Positions 1 to 8,756 of a stretch of 64,000 nt of DNA are shown in pieces. The first letter of the stretch is position 1. Each line of letters begins with the position of its first letter. The position numbers were made by a program, and so were the translations under genes. The notes beneath the pieces were generated by a model that ran no database searches, was not told where the DNA came from, and saw only the letters and a list, made by a program, of their open reading frames with translations. This stretch comes from Desulfobacterales bacterium (GTDB lineage: Bacteria; Desulfobacterota; Desulfobacteria; Desulfobacterales; JASJAZ01): NCBI GenBank assembly GCA_030066785.1, contig JASJAZ010000071.1, positions 4,571-68,570 on the forward strand. The letters are read 5' to 3'.

Positions 1-1245
1 GTAGGCAACTTCTTAGGCAGCTTAAAAGATTTGCCGGCAGCCCAATTAGGTGCGATTTGCATCCGTGAAACTCTTAAACGGGCCGGTTTGCAACCCAAGG
101 CCGGTGCCGCCATGGTGGCCAACGCACCCGATAAGCTGAAAGATGCGGACATTATCGAACTGGAGGAGAAATACCAGGAATGGGACGACAGCCACCAGGA
201 GATCGAGATCGATGAAGTGATCATGGGCAACGTGGTCCAGGCCGGTCAGGGGCAGAACCCCGCCCGCCAAGCCACTATTTTCGCTGGAATGCCTAAGGAA
301 ACGCCCGCTTATACTGTGAATAAAGTGTGCGCCTCAGGTATTAAAGCTATTGCTCTGGCGGCTCAAGCCATCCGCGCCGGGGACGCCGAGGCCATTGTCG
401 CCGGCGGTATGGAAAATATGAGCCAAATCCCCTACACCATGCCCAAATTGCGCGAGGGCGCCCGGATGTTCAACGCCGAGGCTGTGGATTTGATGGTCCA
501 TGACGGCTTATGGGAACTGTACTACGGTTATCACATGGGAGTTACGGCAGAGAATATTGTTGAAAAATATGAAATCAGCCGGGAAGACCAGGACCAAATG
601 AGTTTAGAGAGTCATCAACGTGCCCGGGCCGCTATCGCCAGTGGAGTCCTGAAAGACGAGATCGTTCCCGTAACCCTGCCCCAACGGCGGGGTGATCCCC
701 TTGTTTTCGACACCGATGAGCGTCCCATGGAGACGTCCATGGAAAAAATGTCCAGGCTTAAACCATTTTTCAAGAAAGACGGTTCCGTTACCGCAGGCAA
801 CGCATCGGGAGTCAATGACGCCGCCGCCGCCGTTCTGGTAATGTCCAAGGCGAAGGCCGACGCTTTGGGACTCAAGCCCTTGGCCTATATCAACACGTAC
901 GCCGCCGGGGCCATCGATCCGGCCTATATGGGCTGCGGTGTAATTCCAGCCACCCGCCTTGCACTAATCAAAGCCAGCTGGCAGATCGATGATGTGGACT
1001 ACTTTGAAGTCAACGAAGCCTTTGCGTCCCAAGCTTTGGCCTGCATGAGAGAACTGAACATGGATTGGGCCAAGACCAATGCCAACGGTGGGGGAATATC
1101 CATTGGCCATCCCATCGGGTGCACCGGCGCGCGGATAACCTACGCTTTGGCCATGGAGATGAACCGCAAGGACTTGCAAAAAGGCTTGGCCACCCTTTGT
1201 ATCGGCGGAGGCATGGGATTTGCCATGACCCTGGAACGTAAATAA
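1..1245 (+). CDS. Acetyl-CoA C-acyltransferase (thiolase), 5' end outside window
   Basis: Frame open from base 1 (VGNFLGSLKD...). Thiolase motifs NKVCASG, GNASGVNDAAAA, NEAFA, GHPIGCTG and LCIGGGMG. Confidence 0.95.
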   Translation, partial: VGNFLGSLKDLPAAQLGAICIRETLKRAGLQPKAGAAMVANAPDKLKDADIIELEEKYQEWDDSHQEIEIDEVIMGNVVQAGQGQNPARQATIFAGMPKETPAYTVNKVCASGIKAIALAAQAIRAGDAEAIVAGGMENMSQIPYTMPKLREGARMFNAEAVDLMVHDGLWELYYGYHMGVTAENIVEKYEISREDQDQMSLESHQRARAAIASGVLKDEIVPVTLPQRRGDPLVFDTDERPMETSMEKMSRLKPFFKKDGSVTAGNASGVNDAAAAVLVMSKAKADALGLKPLAYINTYAAGAIDPAYMGCGVIPATRLALIKASWQIDDVDYFEVNEAFASQALACMRELNMDWAKTNANGGGISIGHPIGCTGARITYALAMEMNRKDLQKGLATLCIGGGMGFAMTLERK

Positions 1246-1364
1246 CCCACACTTTCCAATATGGATACCTCGGGCAACCCTTCACCGATAACCTTGGGGT
1301 CAATGGACAAAGAGCGTGATGTTTCTCTCAGAACGGTAACAGGCATTAGATATCGGCAAAGGTT

Positions 1365-1395
1365 AAAAATTGGGTGCTGATGGTGGCAGCACCCA
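1365..1395 (-). terminator. Probable intrinsic terminator downstream of the riboflavin-kinase fusion gene
   Basis: 9-bp stem TGGGTGCTG/CAGCACCCA (1371-1395) followed by ATTTTT on the minus strand, between convergent genes. Confidence 0.55.
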
Positions 1396-1518
1396 GCCGT
1401 TTCCTACCGCGATCCTGGTCAAGGGTTAATGATCTAATGCCATCTGTTGATGCGAGTTCATCAAGGTAATTAAAACAACTTTAAATTTACAAAGCTGCTT
1501 GCTTTACCCCAGTCAAAC

Positions 1519-2286
1519 TCACTCGCCATACTTGGCCGCCTTCTCTTGCTTTTCCTTCTCAAAATCATGGGGTGAACTGGGCATTTCCCCAACAATGAGG
1601 TTTTTTAGCGCCTGAACGTGTTTGTGATCGACACCTATCTCTGGTATCATCGCCTGAACAGCCCGGCCTAAGGTTCTGTCAAGCGCAGATTGAAAGCTCA
1701 ATCGCACATCTTCAGGCAGGTCTCGATATTGTTTGACCAGGTTCTTGATCCAATTGTCTAAATTGGCGGACGCCAGTTTTTGTCTGGGATAGACATAGCC
1801 TTCAAGCGCCCCTGCTGAGGCCGCAAACTCGTAGATTTCTCTGTGCAGCTGCATCTGCTTCTTTCCATTTTTGGTTGCTTGATGTCCGTCCAAAACGGAT
1901 GGATCTTCCCATGCCAGACTTACCGGATCCCCATCCCCTAAACCAAGTGTCTTCTTCAAATTGTACGAGGATATAACCTCAAGAATACAGTTTTCGTGGA
2001 TACGCACATCATCGCTGGGTATGACGACAGCCGCCGGAACGCCGTTCAGCTCAACTTTTTTTACCTGCGCGGAACAGAACGCCGGGTCGTCGGGAACAAG
2101 TTCAAAATCGGTTGCCTTGAACAAAAGGCTCAAGTTGGCCATATCGCTGTCATTGACCCGTACATTGAGCGTCCCGGGAAAAGGACAGTATCCCAGCATT
2201 TGCTCACACTGCCGAACCACCCAGTCGACCTGGGTAAAATAGGCGCCTTTGCCGGCACCACTTTGAATCACACCAGAAATTTCCAT
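1519..2286 (-). CDS. CTP-dependent (archaeal-type, DUF120) riboflavin kinase domain fused to an unknown ~110-aa C-terminal domain
   Basis: N-terminal GVIQSGAGKGAYF...LGYCPFPGTLNV...LEVISSYNLKKTLGLGDGD matches the RibK-like signature. The C-terminal region is not recognised. Confidence 0.75.
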   Translation of the reverse strand: MEISGVIQSGAGKGAYFTQVDWVVRQCEQMLGYCPFPGTLNVRVNDSDMANLSLLFKATDFELVPDDPAFCSAQVKKVELNGVPAAVVIPSDDVRIHENCILEVISSYNLKKTLGLGDGDPVSLAWEDPSVLDGHQATKNGKKQMQLHREIYEFAASAGALEGYVYPRQKLASANLDNWIKNLVKQYRDLPEDVRLSFQSALDRTLGRAVQAMIPEIGVDHKHVQALKNLIVGEMPSSPHDFEKEKQEKAAKYGE

Positions 2287-2541
2287 CCTTGTTTACCTTT
2301 CTATTATTTTTTACCGTGAAAGACTTTCTGTAGCGGAAAACCAGACCCCGAAGGATGCTTGGTAGTACACATACGATTTATGATTTAGGTGCCCATTATA
2401 AAGAAATTATGGTTTTCGCGCCCAGGGCAAGATGAAAGGTTCCATTACGCTAGCGGCAGGAGAAGCAAAAGAGAGTTCCGTCCAGGTTAAATATAACGGA
2501 TTTGATTGTCGCGATCCTGTCTTGCGAGCCAAATTGTCTCC

Positions 2542-3132
2542 TCACATCGTGCCGGTTGACATAATCTTTTTAATTCGCTCTAAATGCGCGGATATCCTTG
2601 CCGGATAACGGATGGTTGTTGTGGGTTTCCATGTGCGCCAGTCTCCCAGGATGGGTTCATACAAAACCCCGCAGCCGAGCGAGATCAAAATTTCGGCCTT
2701 CAGAGCCATGGCCTCAAGACACTGCTGTAGGGCGATTTTCAATCGGTCTCTTTCCGCCTCGTCATCGGTATGGAAGACCACCACCTTGGTGGTGGTGTCG
2801 GCGCGACCGCTTCCAAGTTTGCCGTATACATGACCATAGGAGGGAAATTGTTTCTCAAACACGGCAAGCAGTTCAAGGCATTGATCGAAGCTATCCAGAA
2901 CTGCGGTGATTTTCCAACAGTGGTAGGCAGTGCCCATATCAATGGCCGACTTCCCGGCCTTGAGCTGGTCGTAAAGGTTTTGTATACAGGGCAGGCATCG
3001 CCCGTAGATGTTAGCCTTTGTTCTGCGCATTCGAGGGTCACTTTCAAAACTAACCCAAAAATTCTCTTTGTCGCAATGGGGGATCTGTCCCAGGTAAATG
3101 TGTTGTTTGTTTGACGGCATGGGGTCGGTCAC
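2542..3132 (-). CDS. Hypothetical protein, Cys-containing, coupled to the upstream HAD gene
   Basis: 196-aa ORF; its ATG overlaps the HAD stop codon (ATGA, 3129-3132). Confidence 0.7.
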   Translation of the reverse strand: MTDPMPSNKQHIYLGQIPHCDKENFWVSFESDPRMRRTKANIYGRCLPCIQNLYDQLKAGKSAIDMGTAYHCWKITAVLDSFDQCLELLAVFEKQFPSYGHVYGKLGSGRADTTTKVVVFHTDDEAERDRLKIALQQCLEAMALKAEILISLGCGVLYEPILGDWRTWKPTTTIRYPARISAHLERIKKIMSTGTM

Positions 3133-3860
3133 TGTTTAGTCGGTTCGGTCGCTCGCGTCAAGCAGGCCGGCAGTTGGTTGAGGCGGGCAATTATGACATC
3201 GGCCGGGAACGGGGCCATGTCTTTCATCGAGTCTTGACCACCAACCAAGTAGGCCACTAACATGCCGGCTTCACGGGCAGCGCCGACGTCATCGCGCGAA
3301 TCCCCGATTAAAATTATATCGGCCGGGTCTGCCTGGAGTTTGGCGGCCGCTAGCAATAATCCATCTGCGCTCGGTTTGAGCCGGTCCACATCATTGCGGG
3401 AGATGACCGCCGATAGGAGATTTGCCAGGTCTAATCGATCAAGAGCGGATCGCAGGGCTTTGCTTCCCACATTGCTGACGAGGCCCATTTGAAAACCCAT
3501 GCCTTTAAGGGTTGCAAGCGTTTCCAAGGTATCGGAGTAAAGATGCCATCGCGTCAGGGCATCGGCATCATACATATCATAGATTGCGTCGATGATGGCC
3601 ATATCAAGATGGGGATCTGCCTGGCCTTTGCCTGCCTGCGAAAGACTGAGGGTTTGATTATAAATGGACGCATAGGTGGGATTGCTCCCATACCAGTGGC
3701 GTTTGAAGCCCGCATCTGCAAGGGCCGCTAAACACTCTTCCACTGCGGGCACCAGCTGCCACTGGAAATCCACCAACGTTCCTTCGAAATCAAATATAAT
3801 GTCTCTAACCGTAAGAATACGGGTAGCGCTGACATCATCATACAAATCTTTGTCACCCAT
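3129..3860 (-). CDS. HAD-superfamily hydrolase (phosphoglycolate-phosphatase-like)
   Basis: Motif I IIFDFEGTLVD, motif II LVSN, KP, motif IV IGDSRDD. Start moved to MGDKDL (3860) behind an AGAGGAAGG RBS. Confidence 0.85.
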   Translation of the reverse strand: MGDKDLYDDVSATRILTVRDIIFDFEGTLVDFQWQLVPAVEECLAALADAGFKRHWYGSNPTYASIYNQTLSLSQAGKGQADPHLDMAIIDAIYDMYDADALTRWHLYSDTLETLATLKGMGFQMGLVSNVGSKALRSALDRLDLANLLSAVISRNDVDRLKPSADGLLLAAAKLQADPADIILIGDSRDDVGAAREAGMLVAYLVGGQDSMKDMAPFPADVIIARLNQLPACLTRATEPTKQ

Positions 3861-4195
3861 GGGTGTCCTTCCTCTGGTAGCAAAACCCGGGGCATCGTCA
3901 CTGCTGGGTTGGCATCTACATCGGGTATTCGGGAGAAGTGGCTTTGAAAAAGTGATTGGCACTATAAACCGACAACCACATAGTGTCAAGTAGTCGCATC
4001 GGCGATTCAGCACAAGCACAGGACCGACGATTATGAGAAAAAGCAGTGTCATACCAATGGTCACAACGAGGTTAAAGCCAGCAATAAGGAATGGCGGTTT
4101 TATGGTTGTTTTTTCCGCTTGCCACCCCTATTGTTGCTGTAAAGCAATATATGTGGCGGCTCTTCGAGCAACATAGCTGTTGGCACACAGGGATA

Positions 4196-4894
4196 ATGAT
4201 CAAAATACCGAATGCGAAAATGAAACAGTGGCTAAAAATTGAAAGAATCCCAGGCCTGCTGGCATCTGTTTACATTAAAGCCACCCGAATGGGGATCGAC
4301 AATTATTATCGTCCGGTAGCCGAAGAAATCGTTTCGAATATGAATCAAGGCCTGATCTTGGATCTCGGGACTGGCCCAGGATACCTACCTGTGGAAATCG
4401 TCAAAAAGGCATCTGATGTTAACATCATTGGAGTTGATCTAAGCCGCAAGCTTATCAAAGCGGCCCGGGCTAACGCCGCTAAAGCAGGTCTTGAGCACCA
4501 ACTGACTTTTGAGGTTGGAAATTCTGCAAGGTTGCGATTTAAAGACGAAAGCTTTGATATGGTGATAAGTACCGGAATGCTTCATTCTCTTAAAAAACCG
4601 GTGGCTGTTTTTAGAGAAACTTATCGTGTATTGAAAAATGGCGGACAAGCTTGGTTCTATGATCCAGCGATCATAGCCCCCCATGGAGGAAAAGAATGGA
4701 AAGCATCCCTTACTTTTCATGAAAAATTCTTTTTTAAGTTGTTCACCGGGCTAAAGATACATCAACCGGCAAAACCACTCAGCCTTCAAAAGATTCGATC
4801 GATAATCGAAGCCACTGATTTCAAGGATTACCAGATTGATGATCTAAAAGATGAAGTCAGGATAAAAATGAAAAAAGTTTACATTTCCACATAA
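4196..4894 (+). CDS. Class I SAM-dependent methyltransferase
   Basis: ILDLGTGPG, GVDLS, FDMVISTGMLH, RVLKNGG. Start codon uncertain (4196 or 4220). Confidence 0.85.
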   Translation: MIKIPNAKMKQWLKIERIPGLLASVYIKATRMGIDNYYRPVAEEIVSNMNQGLILDLGTGPGYLPVEIVKKASDVNIIGVDLSRKLIKAARANAAKAGLEHQLTFEVGNSARLRFKDESFDMVISTGMLHSLKKPVAVFRETYRVLKNGGQAWFYDPAIIAPHGGKEWKASLTFHEKFFFKLFTGLKIHQPAKPLSLQKIRSIIEATDFKDYQIDDLKDEVRIKMKKVYIST

Positions 4895-5032
4895 CCTCCT
4901 AAATTTTATATATCTATTCTTACCAAGTACTATTTACACGCAAATTGCGGCGCCAACTGCTTTAAACTGAGCTAAAAATGTGATAATTATTTTAATTAGT
5001 TAAACAACCAATCGTTTTAGCTAAATCAGAGC

Positions 5033-5066
5033 AGAATCCCCCGCGGCTTGCTATGGGGAGCGTCAC
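5033..5066 (+). mobile_element. Degenerate IS200/IS605-type right-end hairpin (no transposase nearby)
   Basis: AGAATCCCCCGCGGCTTGCTATGGGGAGCGTCAC has the GAAT-hairpin-GAG-NN-TCA layout of IS605-group right ends; the hairpin carries G.T pairs and a mismatch. Confidence 0.45.
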
Positions 5067-5115
5067 TATACACCTTACACATTATCGAAGATACAAAGGC
5101 TGGAAAATAGTCAAT

Positions 5116-5928
5116 ATGAAGATCAAGGATAAAAGCATAGAGGTACTAAATGCCCAAAACCTCGCCCTTAAAGACAACAATAAACTGCTGAAATACAGAA
5201 TAAATCAACTTCAGGCTGAGGTTAAAAGACTCCAGAGGGAAAATAAGGAATATCAGAAAAGACTTGATGAGGAATTGATTAATTCAGTTTCCGAAGTTTC
5301 AAAAGACGCCTTAGCCGTTCTAAGTATTTATAAAATCTGGGATGTGACGGTACTAAGAGAACATCAAATTAGAAACAAATTAGATAAGTACCTTCGTAAT
5401 GTCAAAGTGAAGCCAGCGCTTGATGAATTAAAATTCAAAGGATTTCTGATTCCTGAAGATGAGATAACATATAAGCTTTCAGACAAGGCCAAAAGTTATA
5501 AAAAAAGGGATAATAAACATCTGAATACAATGACCTACCCCGCGCAAACAAACCAGCGATTTGATGCTCTCTTCGATCGTTTCTCAGAAGAATCTCGAAA
5601 GAAAGTGAAAGCGCTACTCAAAATGTGGCCGGAGGTGTTGCTTGGACGAGCCGAATTTATATTTATGCGCGGAAAAACCATGATCTTCAAAGCCTGTGCC
5701 TATATGCCTGAATACCTGATTGTGAGATACCGCCCGATTAGAGTTTCTCCCGAAGTCCTTATCGATTCCTATGGGGGCGAAAGAAAAGGTGAAACAGTTA
5801 ACATACCACTTTCGAATTTAGAATATGAAGATCTTGTAAACTTTGTTTTTTTGCTAAAAAGAGGTGATACCCCTTCGCTTAACAAGGTTGATTTAGCCGA
5901 GATAAATAACTGGGCGTTTGATTCATAA
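5116..5928 (+). CDS. Hypothetical protein: N-terminal coiled coil, possible winged-helix segment
   Basis: Heptad-rich LKYRINQLQAEVKRLQRENKEYQKRL; ALDELKFKGFLI...YKLSDKA resembles a wHTH recognition helix and wing. Visibly AT-rich. Start uncertain. Confidence 0.6.
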   Translation: MKIKDKSIEVLNAQNLALKDNNKLLKYRINQLQAEVKRLQRENKEYQKRLDEELINSVSEVSKDALAVLSIYKIWDVTVLREHQIRNKLDKYLRNVKVKPALDELKFKGFLIPEDEITYKLSDKAKSYKKRDNKHLNTMTYPAQTNQRFDALFDRFSEESRKKVKALLKMWPEVLLGRAEFIFMRGKTMIFKACAYMPEYLIVRYRPIRVSPEVLIDSYGGERKGETVNIPLSNLEYEDLVNFVFLLKRGDTPSLNKVDLAEINNWAFDS

Positions 5929-5971
5929 TTCATTATCGAAACCATAATTGACCAAGGGTGTAGTTAAATAC

Positions 5972-6523
5972 ATGCGAGTTCTAAAATATGTAATTGCTAT
6001 CGTAATTTTAACAAGTAGTATCGCCTATGCCAAGAGCGCCTCTGATACGGCAATAGACTATTTCAATGTACTCAAGCAAAAAAATTACCGGAGTGCCGCC
6101 GCTTTTTTTGACCCACACGCATTGGAAAGCTTTCGCCAAATGATGGGTTTTATTAATGAGATGCCCGCCGAGAGCCAGCAAGCGTTTTTCCCCGCATTTT
6201 TTGGCTCCGGGGCAAATAAAGAATCGGTTTCAAAATTATCAAACGCTGAATTTTTTGCCTCCTTTTTGCGCGCTATGATGGCCCAAGCGGAAGCTGCCGG
6301 CGGATTGAATTTTGATGGCATGGAAGTTCTCGGCGAGGTTAAGGAGGGCGCAAATGTTGCGCACGTCGTAATGCGCAATCGAGTTTCCGTGGGAGAAATT
6401 GAAATAGAGGCTATGGAAGTTGTATCGTTCAAAAAAGTTGGCAAAGATTGGAAAGCCCTATTATCGGGTAAAATGAAAGGACTCGCCAACCAGTTGCGCA
6501 CGGCATTTAATCGTCGGCAATAA
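5972..6523 (+). CDS. Exported hypothetical protein (possible NTF2-like fold)
   Basis: Signal peptide MRVLKYVIAIVILTSSIAYA; pattern YFNVLKQKNYRSAAAF ... SFKKVGKDWK. Confidence 0.7.
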   Translation: MRVLKYVIAIVILTSSIAYAKSASDTAIDYFNVLKQKNYRSAAAFFDPHALESFRQMMGFINEMPAESQQAFFPAFFGSGANKESVSKLSNAEFFASFLRAMMAQAEAAGGLNFDGMEVLGEVKEGANVAHVVMRNRVSVGEIEIEAMEVVSFKKVGKDWKALLSGKMKGLANQLRTAFNRRQ

Positions 6524-6565
6524 ACCACATCCAGACACCTGCCTTTTGAAGCATAATGATCTGCC

Positions 6566-7070
6566 ATGAAAAAAATAAAATTTCAGGTGCTACCCTGTGT
6601 TGGACCGGACCTGCCCAAAGAAACTGGTAACGCTGTCGACCTGCTCAAGGCGATCCCCCTATTTTTTAAAATCACGAATTCCCATCCTATCGGTCTTGAA
6701 CGATCTGTTGCGCTCAAGTGTTTACGATGCAGGCATGAGCGGTGGCGCTAAATGGGAACCTTTTGTGCTAAACGATATCGAATATGTAGAAGTTCGTGCC
6801 GAACTGGAAACCCTCGGGCTTGAATGCGTCGAGCCGCCGGGCGGGGTTCGCTCGCGAAGCGATTGGCAGATTTGGGATATGGAGATCAACCATGGTGTGC
6901 CGGCAGATGAACATCGTCGCCTCAATGACCTATGTGAGGAAACTGAGCGTAAACTTAATATTGCAAATAACAACGGGCATGACGATCAAGTAGCACACCT
7001 GCATATTAAATATATCGAGTTAAGCAACAAGCTGGCCGCGTTTGTGGAGAAGTATTTGCATAGACATTGA
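6566..7070 (+). pseudogene. Hypothetical gene apparently split by a one-base frameshift at a C5/T6 run
   Basis: ORFs 6566-6751 and 6597-7070 join into ...DLLKAIP-YFLKSRIPILSVLNDLL... if one base is removed at 6655-6667. Confidence 0.45.
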
Positions 7071-7299
7071 TCTGTGAATTATCAACGGTGAACCGCCCAT
7101 TTCACAACAGATATTGCGATATCAATTTGAAGTATTATTATCTCGGGTGTGAATGCCTGATGAATTCTGCACGCAGAAACGAATCTTACGCCTGATCCTC
7201 TCTGTTTTCATCAGTTGTTTTTTTTCACCGAAATAATGATTTTCTTGGTACCACCGTATCACCGTCGCCAATGCCGAATAAGTACACAAAAAAATCACT

Positions 7300-8721
7300 A
7301 TGTCTGCACACAATCGATTGAAAATCGCAATCATAGGAGCGGGTGGTTCCATCGGAACCGCCCTTAGTCGCAATTTGGCAGGGGATTATAATGTGTTGGC
7401 CCTTGTCGGTGCTAAAGAGCGCATATCATCAACGAAATCCGATCCTTTCTTAAAGTGGCGCTATTGTGATTTTTTTTCAAGGCAGGCGGTGGCGGAGGCC
7501 ATATCTGATTGCGATTACATTATATACCTTGTCCACACCAGAATCCCCACTGCTCGTCTCAATCAGGCCGAATCTGAAAATATGGACCTGCTTATCGCCG
7601 ACAATGTCGCCCGAAGCGCTAGTCTGAAAGGCATCAAGCAGATGGTCTATCTCGGCAGCCTCATTCCGCAAGGCAATTCCGCATCAGATTTTGTTGAGAA
7701 ACGAAATGAAGTGATTGAAGCCCTGTCAAATTACGGCACACCGCTGACCGTCATGCGAGCCGGCTTAGTAGTGGCACCGGGAAGCAATGCCGTTCGACTG
7801 CTAGCTAACATTGCGACCCGCCTGCCCATTGTACTAATCCCGCATTGGGCCAATACCCGCAAACAACCCATTGCTGTAACTGATGTGATCCGAGCGATTC
7901 GTTATTGTCTGGGCAATCAGGATGCATACGGTCAAGACTACGACATTGGTGGGCCCGTGGTCCTAACTTTTCGGGACTTGCTGCATAGAGTTGCAAGTAC
8001 TCTGAAATCGGGCCCCACTTTCATTACAGTCCCCTACTTTCCAGCGCGCCTTTACTATTGGTACTTGCGTCTTCTCGACAGGCATGCCCATCCGGCCCTG
8101 ATCAATTTGATTGTTGAGGCCCTGGGCCATGATTTGATCGTGCGTGATAATGCGCTACAGCAATTTATTGCCGAGAATTCTGTACTGCCGCGCGAAATAA
8201 TCGATCCATATATTAAAAAATATGGGCACATGCCCTCAAATCCCCGCCGGCCATTTCGAAAAAAATATATGGCTGGTTTACGTTCTAAAAGTAACGTCCG
8301 GTCAATTCAGCGCATTGCTCTGCAACCGGGACGTAACGCCACTTGGGTAGCCGACATTTTTTTTAAGTGGCTTCCACACTTTGCCCGCCCGTTTGTACTC
8401 TGTAAAGTCGATAAGGCCGGCAACTGTCGAATCTTAAGTCGTTTGCCCAAGCTGCATCTTATAACCCTGAGTTTTAAACCGAAACATAGTAGCCCTGATC
8501 GACGCATGTATTTCATCACGGGAGGTCTTCTTGCAAAGGGACACGACGAGTTAACACCGCGATTTGAGTTTCGAGATGTATTGCAAGGCCGTTATACCAT
8601 CGCAGCGATACATGATTTCAGACCCCAGCTACCCTGGGGATTTTATGTTCTTACCCAGGCTGTCATTCATTTGATAGCCATGCGCACTTTCCAAAAATAT
8701 ATGAAAAAAGAGGGGATATAA
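7300..8721 (+). CDS. NAD(P)-binding atypical SDR (YbjT-like) with C-terminal extension
   Basis: IAIIGAGGSIG Rossmann motif; IIYLVH, VYLGSL, RAGLVVAPGS, QPIAVTDV, YDIGGP. Confidence 0.8.
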   Translation: MSAHNRLKIAIIGAGGSIGTALSRNLAGDYNVLALVGAKERISSTKSDPFLKWRYCDFFSRQAVAEAISDCDYIIYLVHTRIPTARLNQAESENMDLLIADNVARSASLKGIKQMVYLGSLIPQGNSASDFVEKRNEVIEALSNYGTPLTVMRAGLVVAPGSNAVRLLANIATRLPIVLIPHWANTRKQPIAVTDVIRAIRYCLGNQDAYGQDYDIGGPVVLTFRDLLHRVASTLKSGPTFITVPYFPARLYYWYLRLLDRHAHPALINLIVEALGHDLIVRDNALQQFIAENSVLPREIIDPYIKKYGHMPSNPRRPFRKKYMAGLRSKSNVRSIQRIALQPGRNATWVADIFFKWLPHFARPFVLCKVDKAGNCRILSRLPKLHLITLSFKPKHSSPDRRMYFITGGLLAKGHDELTPRFEFRDVLQGRYTIAAIHDFRPQLPWGFYVLTQAVIHLIAMRTFQKYMKKEGI

Positions 8722-8756
8722 ACCACCGATAAAAGGTGTCCCTATTTTCAGGCAAC

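Noticed and set aside
1140..1346. 68-aa minus-strand ORF overlapping the thiolase 3' end
   Set aside because: No recognisable family or RBS; it lies just downstream of a predicted terminator.
2287..2541. FMN riboswitch near the riboflavin kinase gene (CAGGGC...TGAAA...GGAGAAG fragments)
   Set aside because: The fragments lie on the wrong strand for the gene, are far too short and lack the conserved RFN core.
3861..4195. Long N-terminal extensions of the HAD and methyltransferase ORFs in the ORF track
   Set aside because: The recognisable domains begin downstream, the HAD has a clear RBS-linked internal start, and the region is more plausibly a divergent promoter.
6085..6567. 160-aa antisense ORF, and the many similar shadow ORFs over thiolase, dnaE, guaB, rpsA etc.
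   Set aside because: They overlap well-supported genes on the opposite strand or in another frame and show no motifs or RBS.
5929..7120. Integron cassette array (GTTAAAT just before the 5972 ATG; short co-oriented orphan genes)
   Set aside because: No RYYYAAC...GTTRRRY attC palindromes after the genes and no integrase in the window.
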